Of a stretch of 24,845 nt of DNA, positions 1 to 9,429 are shown one piece after another; positions within the stretch are counted from its first letter, which is position 1, and each line of letters opens with the position of its first letter. Made by a program: the position numbers and the translations under genes. Location of the stretch: the IMG/VR virus record IMGVR_UViG_3300032225_000684, positions 1 to 24,845 of that record; one strand, given 5' to 3'. This stretch comes from a virus (taxonomy: Duplodnaviria > Caudoviricetes). The notes beneath the pieces were generated by a model. The model searched no databases and had not been told where the DNA came from. It saw only the letters and a list, made by a program, of their open reading frames with translations.

Positions 1-264
1 ATTGGGTCTTCTACCTTCATTAACATATTTGAAGTAATCAACATAACTTAGAACTGCTACAGGACCATCTTTTGTCATTTCAACATTTCCTTGAATTGAA
101 TCGTATAACTGACCTGTAGCAATTTTATCCCCCACACCTCTTGTTGTTCCCCCACCATTATAGCCTGGCGCATAAGGGAATTGTCTTGTAGCAATTTGTT
201 TTTTTATTTCTTCAACAAATTTATCTACAAGTGCTTTGAGTGCTATGTCAGTTAATTCAAACAT
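1..264 (-). CDS. Partial virion neck/tail-completion protein (HK97 gp10-like); 3' end runs off the window
   Basis: Not in ORF track. Manual translation from ATG at 264: MFELTDIALKALVDKFVEEIKKQ...ATGQLYDSIQ...YFKYVNEGRRPN. TGxLxxSI and YVxxGRRP are typical of gp10-like proteins. The start overlaps the upstream stop (TAATG). Confidence 0.6.
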   Translation of the reverse strand, partial: MFELTDIALKALVDKFVEEIKKQIATRQFPYAPGYNGGGTTRGVGDKIATGQLYDSIQGNVEMTKDGPVAVLSYVDYFKYVNEGRRPN

Positions 265-1073
265 TATTTTACTGTGTTAAAAACAAATCCCATTGCTGTT
301 GCTGTTGTAGCACTTGTAATCCATCTCGCTATAATATCACTTGATGAATAAGATGCGGCAACCCCACCATTTAATGTTATTGGTAATGCTCCACCACCTT
401 TACTAACGGAATTTGTAAGTAGAACTGAGGTTGATGCTTGTGTAGCACCATAGAATGCTGCTAATGTTGTAAATATTGAGTTTTGGTTTCCTGGACTACC
501 ACCATATCTCACAGTAGGTGATACTCCTGAGTTTGTAATATTCACACCCAAATAATATAAACCTGGTCCATAACCACTAAAAGATATATTACCTGTAAGT
601 GCTGTGGTTCTTGGAGAGTTCAATGCTCCTGTTGTTGGTAAAGTAGTTCCCGAATATATTTGTTGATAAGGTTGTAATCCATATCCCGTTCCTGATAGAT
701 ACTGAGAGTTATAGATATACATATTCATCACATCACTTGAACTAGTTGCGTTTGTAATAATAGTTGTAATTGCTGAATATGATAAATAACCTGTATCATA
801 AAAAGGGAAAAAATACACATTATTATTTGTATTACCCGTAGGAGGAGTAGTTGCCGATGAGTTAAAACCAACACCACTATTATCAGGTATAATTGCTTTT
901 ATTCCGAATAAAGATGGATTGTAAAAATAGTTAGTGGATATTTGACTTCCTGTATTATTTCCAAAACCATCGGTTATTGCTTGTGCTGTTGATGTGATAC
1001 CTGTTGTTGCTACATTCAGGTTTAATAAACCTGGATATGTTGATTGTATTGTTTGACCTGATAAATTAGCCAT
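264..1073 (-). CDS. Putative virion structural/fibre protein, 269 aa
   Basis: S/T/G/N-rich, low-charge, beta-rich composition; located in the tail gene cluster. Confidence 0.55.
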   Translation of the reverse strand: MANLSGQTIQSTYPGLLNLNVATTGITSTAQAITDGFGNNTGSQISTNYFYNPSLFGIKAIIPDNSGVGFNSSATTPPTGNTNNNVYFFPFYDTGYLSYSAITTIITNATSSSDVMNMYIYNSQYLSGTGYGLQPYQQIYSGTTLPTTGALNSPRTTALTGNISFSGYGPGLYYLGVNITNSGVSPTVRYGGSPGNQNSIFTTLAAFYGATQASTSVLLTNSVSKGGGALPITLNGGVAASYSSSDIIARWITSATTATAMGFVFNTVK

Positions 1074-1099
1074 ATATTAGTTTTTTGTTTTTAATTTAT

Positions 1100-4000
1100 T
1101 TACCAACCAGAATAAACATATTTTGTTTTAAGATAATTTATTACGCTATTATGTTCTGTTGATGTTAATTGTCTGTTGTAATATAACCACTCGAACAAAT
1201 AAACATTTTGTGAATAGTTGTCAGGTCCATCACTACTAATTACATATCTATTCATCGTTGTTCCTGATGTTCCTGATGCTCCACTTGTTGTAAAAGAACC
1301 ATTTATTGTTCCATATAAGTTGGTGCTGTTTCCTGAAGAAATCAATAATGATGGAATATTAGATACAGCAAAATTGATTGTTCCTTTATTTGATGAAACA
1401 GCATTATAGTAACTACTCGGATTACTAATTCCATAACTCCAAGTATAAGTGTTCGCAGATAATATGGAAACATACCACCCTGCTGCTGTTGGGGTCACAG
1501 GTTTATAAACCATATATTGTGTGTGTGCTGATGTGGTTATGCCTGAAGTAGAACCAGTATAACCTATACTTGGTTTTAAGAATTGAATAGCAGTTCCTGT
1601 ATATCCAGTTCCAAGAGATACTCCACTTGCTATTGTCGGTTGTTGAGCAACTACTGATTGTGTAGCACTACCACCTAATAATCCATAGTTTGTCCAAGAT
1701 GAAACTGATGAACCACTATTAGAGATAAACCATAATTGTAAATTTGTTACACCTGATGGACTGAATGCTGTTATTGTTGCGGTAGGTGTGGGAGTTGGTG
1801 ATTTTGTTGGTGTTAAAGTATTAGTAGGTGAAACACTCGGTGTAGGTGTTTGTGATGCTGTTATACTTGGTGTAGGAGTCATCGTTGATGATGCTGTTAT
1901 ACTTGGTGTAGGTGTCAAAGTATTTGTTGGAGTTGTTGTGTTTGTTGGAGTTGTTGTTGGCGTTGGAGTAGGTCTTGGACATTGATTCCATAATAAATCT
2001 TCAAGATTCCAAACAATATTATTTTGATTCCAAATACATTCATTTACACCAGGCGTTACTGATGGGGTTGGAGTATTCGTTGGAGTGGAACTATTAGTTG
2101 TTGTGTTTGTAGGCGTTTTAGTTACTGTTGGTGTTTGACTTGCGGTTTGACTTGCGGTTATACTTGGTGTTGGAGTATTAGTTGGAGTAGCAGTTTGTGA
2201 TGCTGTAATACTCGGTGTTGGAGTAGCAGTTTGTGATGCTGTAATACTTGGGGTAGGAGTTTGTGTTCCTGTATTAGTTACAGTAGGTGTATTAGTTTGT
2301 GTCGCTGTTACACTTGGTGTATTAGTATTAGTAGGAGTTTGTGTAGGTGTAGGAGTATTAGTTGATGTCGCAGTTAATGTTGTTGTAGTTGTTGGCGTCA
2401 TTGTCTGTGTAACACTCGGTGTAGGTGTTTGAGTGTAAGTAGGAGTTTGTGTTGGAGTAGGTGTGCTTGTTGCTGTAGCAGTTAATGTTGTTGTTGTTGT
2501 AGGAGTTTGTGTTACAGTTGGAGTATTTGTATTGGTAGGAGTTTGAGTAACCGTAGGAGTGTTTGTAGGAGTTTCTGTAACGGTTGGAGTATTTGTTTGT
2601 GTTGGTGTTGTTGTAGGTTCTGGTGTTTTTGATGGTGTTTGTGTTTGAGTAGGAGTAATACTTGGTGTTGGAGTTGGGGTAGATGTATTTGTTGGAGTAA
2701 CAGTTGGAGTAGGTGTAATAAATGTATTCACAAATGCTGCGTCACATCTATTCAACGATGTCATCACCTGTATGTTTAATGTTGCTGTCCACCCACCCAA
2801 TAAGTCATCATAGTCTTCCATAAATGGAGTACAGACAACAGGATTGTCTAAGTAATATTCAGCATTAAAATTACCCAATGAATTGGTTACAGATAATCTA
2901 AATTGAGAAATGATATCATCCAATATTTGATTGGTATCTGATAACACATCTGTTTGATTGGCTAAGTCTCTTTGAATAATATCTGCTACAATAACATCAA
3001 AGGTATATTCCATATAGTTAAACTTCTGTTTAACATCATTTGGGACCACATACATCAATGGATAATATGGGGATTGAAATTGTGTGTTTTCTTCTTTATC
3101 TCTTGATTGATTCAAGTATTGGAAATCATCAGCAGAACCAAATCCAAATGAATTTAATTGTTTGTGATGGTCTGCTAATAACTTGAAGTCATCATAGAAT
3201 GTTCTGAAGTTAATTCCATTAAGATGTTGTATTGGTGTTCCTGTGAATTCATAATATGCTGCGGCACATCTATTGAGTGGTGTCATTGTCTTAATTCTAA
3301 TAAGACCATTCCATCCATTTAACATATCATCTTCCTTCTCTAAGAACGGAACACAATTAACTTCATCATCAACATAATAATCGTTGTAGTAGTTACCAAA
3401 TTGTGCTGTAACAGATAATCTCCATTGTGATATAATATCCTGTAAGATTTGTAATGTGTCTGAACTAATATCTACTTGGTTTGCTAAATCTCTTTCAAGA
3501 ACATCAGCAACGATTGTATTAAAATCCCATGTCTTATATTCCAAATCATTTTCAATCTTGCCAGGAATAACAAACAACAATGGATAATAGGGTGCGTTAT
3601 GTGTTGTGTTGTATTCTTTATCTCTTGATTGAGTTCTATAAGATAATTGGTCAGAGTTACCTGAACCAAATGAATTTAGTTGTTTGTGTGAGTTGGCTAA
3701 CTTTTGATAATCTGTAATAATCTTTCTGAAGTTAATCCCACTAACTGGTAGTGATGATACAGATACAGATGGTGTTACAGATATTGTTGGAGTGTTTGTT
3801 GGAGTTGAATTTGGTGTTCCTGTATTAGTAGGAGTTACAGATGGTGTTCCTGTATTGGTAGGAGTATTGGTTGGGGTTTTAGTTACAGTAGGAGTTGGTG
3901 TTGGTGTAACTGCTATTCCTGTTGCTGTTGGAGTAGGTGTTGGTTGAATATTACAACCAGTAAATCCTGCTGATTGAGGATAACCACCAATGACATTCCA

Positions 4001-4237
4001 AGTTGCGTAGTTACCTGGTGCCATCTCATTTGAGTAGTAACCATCAGGAACAATAATTGTTAAATCTGAATCAAGAAATAATTGTTGTGAAGTTGTGAGA
4101 CAAGGCCAACAAGTTAAAGGTAAACATGGACCACAATTCCCCAAGTTCTGAGCATAGATTGTAAAATACGGGGCTTTACCACAAGCATCATCAGATGTTA
4201 AACCATCGGATACTAAAAAAGATAATGTTACACTCAT
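1100..4237 (-). CDS. 1045-aa multidomain virion protein: Cys-rich N-terminus, two tandem tail-terminator-like domains, Thr/Pro linkers, C-terminal lectin/LamG-like domain
   Basis: Two gapless 162-aa copies (3739-3254, 3217-2732) and long TP repeats. The C-terminal [13 protein letters not shown]...[21 protein letters not shown] resembles ConA/LamG-like phage domains. The terminator assignment is an inference from motif and context. Confidence 0.6.
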   Translation of the reverse strand: MSVTLSFLVSDGLTSDDACGKAPYFTIYAQNLGNCGPCLPLTCWPCLTTSQQLFLDSDLTIIVPDGYYSNEMAPGNYATWNVIGGYPQSAGFTGCNIQPTPTPTATGIAVTPTPTPTVTKTPTNTPTNTGTPSVTPTNTGTPNSTPTNTPTISVTPSVSVSSLPVSGINFRKIITDYQKLANSHKQLNSFGSGNSDQLSYRTQSRDKEYNTTHNAPYYPLLFVIPGKIENDLEYKTWDFNTIVADVLERDLANQVDISSDTLQILQDIISQWRLSVTAQFGNYYNDYYVDDEVNCVPFLEKEDDMLNGWNGLIRIKTMTPLNRCAAAYYEFTGTPIQHLNGINFRTFYDDFKLLADHHKQLNSFGFGSADDFQYLNQSRDKEENTQFQSPYYPLMYVVPNDVKQKFNYMEYTFDVIVADIIQRDLANQTDVLSDTNQILDDIISQFRLSVTNSLGNFNAEYYLDNPVVCTPFMEDYDDLLGGWTATLNIQVMTSLNRCDAAFVNTFITPTPTVTPTNTSTPTPTPSITPTQTQTPSKTPEPTTTPTQTNTPTVTETPTNTPTVTQTPTNTNTPTVTQTPTTTTTLTATATSTPTPTQTPTYTQTPTPSVTQTMTPTTTTTLTATSTNTPTPTQTPTNTNTPSVTATQTNTPTVTNTGTQTPTPSITASQTATPTPSITASQTATPTNTPTPSITASQTASQTPTVTKTPTNTTTNSSTPTNTPTPSVTPGVNECIWNQNNIVWNLEDLLWNQCPRPTPTPTTTPTNTTTPTNTLTPTPSITASSTMTPTPSITASQTPTPSVSPTNTLTPTKSPTPTPTATITAFSPSGVTNLQLWFISNSGSSVSSWTNYGLLGGSATQSVVAQQPTIASGVSLGTGYTGTAIQFLKPSIGYTGSTSGITTSAHTQYMVYKPVTPTAAGWYVSILSANTYTWSYGISNPSSYYNAVSSNKGTINFAVSNIPSLLISSGNSTNLYGTINGSFTTSGASGTSGTTMNRYVISSDGPDNYSQNVYLFEWLYYNRQLTSTEHNSVINYLKTKYVYSGW
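1770..2720 (-). repeat. Mucin-like Thr/Pro low-complexity coding repeat
   Basis: Degenerate TPT(P/N/Q) repeats including 5 copies of TPTPSITAS, interrupted by [20 protein letters not shown]. Confidence 0.9.
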
Positions 4238-4503
4238 CTATTATTTCTTTGTTGTTCTTTTATTAACCTTTCTTTTTCATTATTGAGGTCAGTAATGTAA
4301 GACAAATGATTAAGGGCAGAAGTAAGACCAAGACTAGTGACGAAATCAATTTGCCAAACTTTGTCTTCCGCAAGGAGACTAATGATTTGATAGTACCCCC
4401 AAAACTTGCTAAAACTATTCTCAGTCTCATCATCTGATACATCAACGGACTCTTTGAATAAAGAGCCATAATTTCTGACAACCCCCTCTCTAAACTTAAT
4501 AAA
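4234..4503 (-). CDS. -1 frame extension of the tail assembly chaperone (gpGT-like; full product about 249 aa)
   Basis: After the T10 run (4501-4510) the -1 frame is open for 89 codons ([16 protein letters not shown]...[28 protein letters not shown]...QRNNR*). Its TGA overlaps the next ATG (ATGA at 4237-4234). Confidence 0.75.
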   Translation of the reverse strand, partial: FIKFREGVVRNYGSLFKESVDVSDDETENSFSKFWGYYQIISLLAEDKVWQIDFVTSLGLTSALNHLSYITDLNNEKERLIKEQQRNNR

Positions 4504-4982
4504 AAAAAAAGCGACCCCTCAACAATGTGAGCAGGTGCTTGATTCATTATTTCAATTCTCTGTTTGAAGTTTGACTCTGAGTATTTCATACCATCTTCAC
4601 AATACATATACGCCATCAACTCATTTAAGTTTGCTACTCTATAACCTTCATCTTTTTTTAAGTATGAATCAATATCTACGAACTGACCAAATGTAATGTT
4701 ATGAATATCCAAGAACTTATATGTCACACCATTTATTTCAAATGATGGGGTTAGTTTCTTTGATTCTTTGTTGAAGTGTGCGAACAATATGGAACCAATC
4801 TTTTGTATGGTGAACGCATCCAATTCCATTACTTCATCGTGAGACATACCAATTGATTTCTCAATCAATCTAACATGAAGTTCATCTTCTGTTAGTATGT
4901 CTTTAAGTTTCATTACATCACAAAACTCTTTTATGGTGGGTTCTTTAACTTCGTAATTTTTTGATTTGCTTGTAATAGTCAT
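4263..4982 (-). CDS. Tail assembly chaperone, 0-frame product (gpG-like), about 239 aa
   Basis: Likely ATG at 4982 rather than TTG at 4988. Contains an ITFGQFVDID motif and an internal T10 slippery run (GSLFFL). Confidence 0.7.
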   Translation of the reverse strand: MTITSKSKNYEVKEPTIKEFCDVMKLKDILTEDELHVRLIEKSIGMSHDEVMELDAFTIQKIGSILFAHFNKESKKLTPSFEINGVTYKFLDIHNITFGQFVDIDSYLKKDEGYRVANLNELMAYMYCEDGMKYSESNFKQRIEIMNQAPAHIVEGSLFFLLSLERGLSEIMALYSKSPLMYQMMRLRIVLASFGGTIKSLVSLRKTKFGKLISSLVLVLLLPLIICLTLLTSIMKKKG

Positions 4983-5019
4983 ACTCAATAATAAATATCT
5001 TTTATTTGTTCATCTCACT

Positions 5020-6165
5020 TTAATAAACATAAACTCCTGTGTTTCTCATCATCTTCATTTGGAGCACATATCTGATTGCGTCTATTAGGTGATTGTTTCT
5101 ATCTTCTGGTTCATCCAAGTTGTTTCCGTTCTTATCGTTCTTCCACACATAAGAATTTAATTCTTGAATAAGGTTTTGTGAATTGGAATGTATGAAGAAG
5201 TTGGACCTCTTGATTTGGTCTATACCTGATAAGATGGTGTCCTTCTTTACTGGTTTTGCGTTGATACCATTTCTTGATAACTCTGCTATACCTTGCGGAT
5301 TTGCTGAATCACAAATGAAATCATCACTAAGATTTAATCCCAAGTCTTTTATCTTATACACCAAATCAGGTATGGTTGTATTCTTGAGATACAATAATTC
5401 TTCACAATAAATGGAATCCTTATCTCTATAAACCTTTACCAGAGTGGTAGGGTCATTATAGCCGAAGTCAATTCCATAACCCAATAACTTAGTGGATGAT
5501 GGTAGGTCAGTATAATATTGTTGATGATTGAATACAACTCTTGTTGGTACGCCTCGTTGACCTTCACCAAATACTTTCCAAGTTGAATAATCTTTGTCTT
5601 TAAGTTTCTCAATTTCATCTATAAGTGATTGTTCCAAGAATGGATTGTCTTTGTATGTTACAATTGTATAGAACACATCTGGTTGTCCTTCCAACTCATA
5701 TATCCATGAGTTCCATAGTGATGGGTTCAGGTCCATCACAACTCTACCTGATGTTCTTAATACTAATTGAATGTATTCATCATAGGTGACTTCTGTGGCT
5801 TCGTTTATGAATAGGTAATCTCTTTTTCTTCCTCTTAGTTTCGTTTCATCATCTACTGAGAACCATTCAATAATATTTGACCCCAACTCATAGTATCCAT
5901 CAACTGAATGCCATTTGTTTGAATCATACATACCAAACATTATTAGGACCTGTTTTAAGTCTCTAAGTATACTTCCTTTGAGTGCTGGTAATGTCTTTCT
6001 AACAATTGAAAACACTTTGTCTTCTTCTTGTAATAACAGATAAACAAAATAGATAAGAATGTTAAAACTCTTTGATGCTCTTGAACTACCTTGAAAAACA
6101 CATACACGATTATTCTGCGATATTAAATCTTGGAATACTCTCGTTGTTTGGACTTTTGTTGTCAT
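5020..6165 (-). CDS. terL: Terminase large subunit (PBSX-type)
   Basis: Walker A variant QGSSRASKS, LRGRKRD, Walker B LFINEA, DLNPS, nuclease GIDFGYNDPT, DSANP and NHLIDAIRY. Confidence 0.95.
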   Translation of the reverse strand: MTTKVQTTRVFQDLISQNNRVCVFQGSSRASKSFNILIYFVYLLLQEEDKVFSIVRKTLPALKGSILRDLKQVLIMFGMYDSNKWHSVDGYYELGSNIIEWFSVDDETKLRGRKRDYLFINEATEVTYDEYIQLVLRTSGRVVMDLNPSLWNSWIYELEGQPDVFYTIVTYKDNPFLEQSLIDEIEKLKDKDYSTWKVFGEGQRGVPTRVVFNHQQYYTDLPSSTKLLGYGIDFGYNDPTTLVKVYRDKDSIYCEELLYLKNTTIPDLVYKIKDLGLNLSDDFICDSANPQGIAELSRNGINAKPVKKDTILSGIDQIKRSNFFIHSNSQNLIQELNSYVWKNDKNGNNLDEPEDRNNHLIDAIRYVLQMKMMRNTGVYVY

Positions 6166-6310
6166 CTAATTCTTTTTGTTTCTTCCACTCTTCATGCTTT
6201 TCATAAGCGAGATTAACTTGTTTCTGCCAAAGACCTTTCATCATTTGGTTTCTTGCTGCTACTCTTTTGTTGTGTGCTTTATCTCCACCTCGTTTACTAC
6301 TCTTCCCCAT
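6110..6310 (-). CDS. Small basic hypothetical protein, 66 aa
   Basis: ATG-started ORF filling the terS-terL gap; overlaps terS by 14 nt and terL by 56 nt. Confidence 0.55.
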   Translation of the reverse strand: MGKSSKRGGDKAHNKRVAARNQMMKGLWQKQVNLAYEKHEEWKKQKELDDNKSPNNESIPRFNIAE

Positions 6311-6644
6311 CTTTCTTTGTTGTTATGATTTCAATTTGTATTGAAGGTTTATTTATCTTCTCCCCATCTGTTGTTATATCCAACGATTCTTTAATCTTTC
6401 CCCATCCTCTGTCTAAAAGTAATGCTGCTGCTTTTGTATCACCTGCGTTTGCTTTCCTTCTCATTGCTTCAATAATTTGTTCTGCTGCTGTTTTTCCATC
6501 CTTGTTTTCTTCTCCTAAAACATTTGCCAGTATCACATCTAACTTGGGTAATTTTCTTGGTGCTCCGTTCGGATTTCTCACCTCACCCTTTGCTATTGGT
6601 TTTAGATTTGTCTTTGACTTTGGATTATAGTTGGTCTTACCCAT
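6297..6644 (-). CDS. terS: Terminase small subunit
   Basis: NPNGAPRK (GNPxGRP-like) and AGDTKAAALLLDRGWGK motifs; upstream of terL. Confidence 0.8.
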   Translation of the reverse strand: MGKTNYNPKSKTNLKPIAKGEVRNPNGAPRKLPKLDVILANVLGEENKDGKTAAEQIIEAMRRKANAGDTKAAALLLDRGWGKIKESLDITTDGEKINKPSIQIEIITTKKDGEE

Positions 6645-6661
6645 ATCTTTGTATTTTCTTT

Positions 6662-6946
6662 TTATTTACCTAACCTTACCATCATTTCTTCAACTTGTCT
6701 TTTTGCTCTATTCAAACAATTCTGGTCACAATAACTTGGAATAATATCTCCATATTGTTTGAACATAAAATCTGCCATGAATTGACGCTCGGTTTCTGTT
6801 TTATTCGTTGAACTGATGTAGTCTTTTATTCTAATCAATTCTTCAATAGTATAATCTATTTCCTTAGGTTGTACTGCTACAACTTGTATTGGTGTTATAC
6901 CTTTTGGAACTATTTGTTCCTGTGCTTGTCCTTTACAATTACACAT
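6662..6946 (-). CDS. Hypothetical protein, 94 aa (MCNCK...CxxxC)
   Basis: Closely packed ORF with four Cys. Confidence 0.7.
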   Translation of the reverse strand: MCNCKGQAQEQIVPKGITPIQVVAVQPKEIDYTIEELIRIKDYISSTNKTETERQFMADFMFKQYGDIIPSYCDQNCLNRAKRQVEEMMVRLGK

Positions 6947-6949
6947 TAT

Positions 6950-7375
6950 TTAATTATTTATGTATTCTTTTATGTAGGATTTATAGTTAACAATATTCCA
7001 TATTGTTCTATAATCCACTTTATATTCTTTTGCTAATTTTTTCATTCCATATTTTATTGGAACATATTTTTTTCTTATCTCATCTGCTATATCATCAGTC
7101 AATTTTCTTTTATCAATAATATTTTGACCCCACAATCCTGTTGCCTTTGCGTGTTTATTATTTTCTAAATAAGTTGCCCACTCTAAGTTCTCAATTCTAT
7201 TATCTGATTTTATTCCGTTGATATGATTAACACAAGGTTTGTTTTCAGGATTTGGAATATGTTTGTTGGCTAAATATCTATGTAGATATTTTATCTTTCT
7301 ATTGTCAGAATAAACTTGATAACCATCTTTACGAGTTGTTATTTTTCTTTCTTTACCTTCAATTTCTAAAACCAT
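6950..7375 (-). CDS. HNH endonuclease with C-terminal HTH
   Basis: YLHR...IPNPENKPCVNHINGIKSDNRIENLEWATYLENNKH is the HNH_3 pattern; C-terminal LAKEYKVDYRTIWNIV is HTH-like. Confidence 0.92.
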   Translation of the reverse strand: MVLEIEGKERKITTRKDGYQVYSDNRKIKYLHRYLANKHIPNPENKPCVNHINGIKSDNRIENLEWATYLENNKHAKATGLWGQNIIDKRKLTDDIADEIRKKYVPIKYGMKKLAKEYKVDYRTIWNIVNYKSYIKEYINN

Positions 7376-7841
7376 CTCTTAATTTTTTTAATTGTCTTCT
7401 AACTTTGTTTATATCTCTACTAACTGAATTGATAGGGATTGTTGTTCTCTTTGATAATTTTGTAACTGAACATCCTTCTTCAATATACATTTGAAACAAT
7501 CTGCTATAATACCAATCAATATTTTTTAATTGTTCTTGGACCCAATTCATGTTAATTATTTCTTCTTGATATTCTGTATCAGCAATATCTGTTTCATATA
7601 TCTCGTTGAACTGATGTCTTCTATAAGTATAATGATATTGAGAACTTTTTGAATGATATTGGTTTCTAACTATTCTGGCAAAAAAATATAACTTTTGATT
7701 GTTTGGTATATCTTCAACCTTTTTGTTCTTAATAAATTGTTCAACGCATAAATGTAACAAGTCATCAATTTCTTCTGAAGTTGAGAACTTGCTACATATA
7801 TTCTTTAATTCGTTGTAATTCTTGGATAACCAGTCGTTCAA
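7359..7841 (-). CDS. Phage RNA polymerase sigma-factor-like protein (ECF size)
   Basis: Region-2-like IDDLLHLC...YFFARIVRNQY and region-4 HTH SVTKLSKRTTIPINSVSRDINKVRRQLK; 160 aa. Confidence 0.75.
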   Translation of the reverse strand: MNDWLSKNYNELKNICSKFSTSEEIDDLLHLCVEQFIKNKKVEDIPNNQKLYFFARIVRNQYHSKSSQYHYTYRRHQFNEIYETDIADTEYQEEIINMNWVQEQLKNIDWYYSRLFQMYIEEGCSVTKLSKRTTIPINSVSRDINKVRRQLKKLRDGFRN

Positions 7842-7860
7842 TTAAATTGATATAATTGGT

Positions 7861-8115
7861 TTATCCTTGTTTGGTTCCTGGATAAAATCTTCTGTTGTAG
7901 TATTTGTTGTCCTCAAAGAATTCATATCTTGCTGATAGATACCCTTCTCTAATTAAGATTTGTATTTTATCTCTTACTGAATTCATTGAGATGTGATTAC
8001 CTAATAAGTTCCAAACTTGGGCTGTGGTAATGCTGGAAGCCTTTGATTCATTTCTTTTGATATCATCATTGATAATATCATAGATTCTTTTTTTTGTTTC
8101 GTTTTTGATTTTCAT
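7861..8115 (-). CDS. Putative winged-helix DNA-binding protein, 84 aa
   Basis: ITTAQVWNLLG..ISMNSVRDKIQILIREGYLSARY...NRRFY fits an HTH plus wing pattern. Confidence 0.55.
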   Translation of the reverse strand: MKIKNETKKRIYDIINDDIKRNESKASSITTAQVWNLLGNHISMNSVRDKIQILIREGYLSARYEFFEDNKYYNRRFYPGTKQG

Positions 8116-8153
8116 AATTATATGTATTACTTACTTTCCATAAGGGTAGTAAT

Positions 8154-8432
8154 CTAATCATAAAATTCAATAGTTTTTTTAATAATTCTTTTAATCATAT
8201 CTGCTCTTTCAAATTCTTCATCTTCATTTGCTTCTAATCTTCTATCATCCAATTGAGATAGATGATAAGGTAAATTATCTAAATTCTTAAATTCTTTATG
8301 TACCTGTTCAACAACTAATTGCGCTAACGCATCTTTATCTTCTTCTTGTAATGACCAGTATTTTTCTAATTCAATATCATACTTTGAATCTAGTAATATA
8401 TCTACTTTATTTGTTTCTATTCTTGTTTCCAT
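8154..8432 (-). CDS. Hypothetical acidic protein, 92 aa, with UVR (UvrB/C)-like C-terminal motif
   Basis: ANEDEEFERADMIKR resembles AxxxExFExAaxlrd; ATATTTA motif 7 nt upstream of ATG. Confidence 0.65.
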   Translation of the reverse strand: METRIETNKVDILLDSKYDIELEKYWSLQEEDKDALAQLVVEQVHKEFKNLDNLPYHLSQLDDRRLEANEDEEFERADMIKRIIKKTIEFYD

Positions 8433-8454
8433 ATATTGATAAATATCAATTCTT

Positions 8455-8700
8455 ACTTACGAGTTATGTATGTGAGTGCTATCCCCACTAAACTAATAGT
8501 AGAGTTAGCAACAACATACATAGTCTTACTTGACTGAGAATGTAATAAGTTTCAGTGAAAACTTATTTATGAAGACAACTTATGAATTTATCACTAATCC
8601 ATCATACCATGTTTCTTCTTTGTGCTCATGTTGACCTGTGTATGAATCCCCTGGTAGGTCGTATAGTTAAACGCCAGTGTTAAGTTCCACCCATTTAACC
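8455..8700 (-). ncRNA. Candidate structured non-coding RNA, about 250 nt
   Basis: Intergenic, with a promoter motif at 8708-8740. Hairpins at 8666-8699, 8633-8660, 8544-8567 and 8465-8522; several pairs work only as G-U wobble on the minus strand. Confidence 0.55.
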
Positions 8701-8707
8701 TTAACGA

Positions 8708-8740
8708 TAAATATACCTTAATCTGTTTTTTTTGTAAATA
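8708..8740 (-). promoter_or_regulatory. TATTKAC-N18-TAYATTTA promoter-like site
   Basis: TATTTAC-N18-TATATTTA; same architecture at 12555-12587 and 12721-12752. Confidence 0.55.
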
Positions 8741-8755
8741 GGAATATTTATTTGT

Positions 8756-8992
8756 ATGGAAAAAAAATTACTTGTTGGTCAACCAAAAAGAAAACAAGAT
8801 GGAAAGTTTTTATCATTGGCAGGAATCAAAAAAGAAGATTATTGCCAGATGTATAATATGTTGTCTAAAATGGGTTATGATATCACAAAGGATATAAGTG
8901 TTCAGTTCGCAGAGAAACACTCCCTATTGGTCTCTAATAAGCAAAGAAGGGGTGATGAGAACCATTGGACATATAAGGATTGTCAGGAATAA
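8756..8992 (+). CDS. Hypothetical protein, 78 aa; the only credible plus-strand gene
   Basis: No overlap with minus-strand genes, ATATTTA at 8744-8750 upstream, terminator directly after the stop. Confidence 0.75.
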   Translation: MEKKLLVGQPKRKQDGKFLSLAGIKKEDYCQMYNMLSKMGYDITKDISVQFAEKHSLLVSNKQRRGDENHWTYKDCQE

Positions 8993-9021
8993 AAAAACCC
9001 CATCATTTCTGATGAGGTTTT
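8991..9021. terminator. Bidirectional intrinsic terminator
   Basis: A7-CCCCATCA-TTTC-TGATGAGG-TTTT between convergent genes. Confidence 0.8.
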
Positions 9022-9042
9022 AGGGGATATACACTACGAGAA

Positions 9043-9429
9043 CTAATGATGTAGTTTGATAATTGCCCAAATGGCAAGAATTACTAATGTTATGAATATC
9101 CAAGGCGAACCACCTTTTGATTCTGATATTGATTTCACTTTTGTAATCTCAGTATCTGCTTCAAGCAATTGGTCATTACACTTTGATTTTAGGATGTTGT
9201 ATTCACCCTCTGTGATTTTACCATTGGTATAATATAACTCAGTTTCTTTTAAGACACCTAAAATACCTTTCTTGATGTCTTCGTACTCTTGGATAAGACC
9301 AAGTTGTTTTTTACTAAAAGAGGGTTGTGATGTAGATTGTTTTCTACTTGATGTTAAAGAATTAGCAGCGCTTCTACCAAGACCCCAACCAAATCCTCTA
9401 ACAAATGAATTAGTTAAATTGTTACTCAT
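9043..9429 (-). CDS. Membrane-anchored hypothetical protein, 128 aa
   Basis: Gly-rich N-terminus (GFGWGLG), SHOCT-like GKITEGEYNILKSK, C-terminal hydrophobic helix PWIFITLVILAIWAII. Confidence 0.8.
   Translation of the reverse strand: MSNNLTNSFVRGFGWGLGRSAANSLTSSRKQSTSQPSFSKKQLGLIQEYEDIKKGILGVLKETELYYTNGKITEGEYNILKSKCNDQLLEADTEITKVKSISESKGGSPWIFITLVILAIWAIIKLHH

Noticed and set aside
1218-1985. Plus-strand ORFs 1218-1409 and 1788-1985 (VG-rich)
   Set aside because: Antisense shadows of the Thr/Pro-coding gene. The same applies to other plus-strand ORFs overlapping minus-strand genes (5183, 6253, 7252, 9272, 9893, 10517, 11199, 11527, 13451, 14936, 18499, 19352, 20174, 21338-23238).
1770-2720. 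Repetitive DNA as a CRISPR array
   Set aside because: Degenerate in-frame coding repeats without a constant repeat and unique spacer pattern; no cas genes.
2732-3739. Duplicated segment as a DGR template/variable repeat pair
   Set aside because: Both copies are in-frame coding, divergence is not limited to adenines, and no reverse transcriptase is present in the window.
6078-6098. Non-canonical TerL Walker A (GSSRASKS) as a sign of inactivation
   Set aside because: Deviant Walker A motifs are common in PBSX-type terminases; R, K and S are kept and the other motifs are intact.
8453-8521. 22-aa hydrophobic ORF MYVVANSTISLVGIALTYITRK inside the long hairpin (type I toxin-like)
   Set aside because: Short enough to arise by chance and fully explained by the stem sequence; not supportable without conservation or Ribo-seq.
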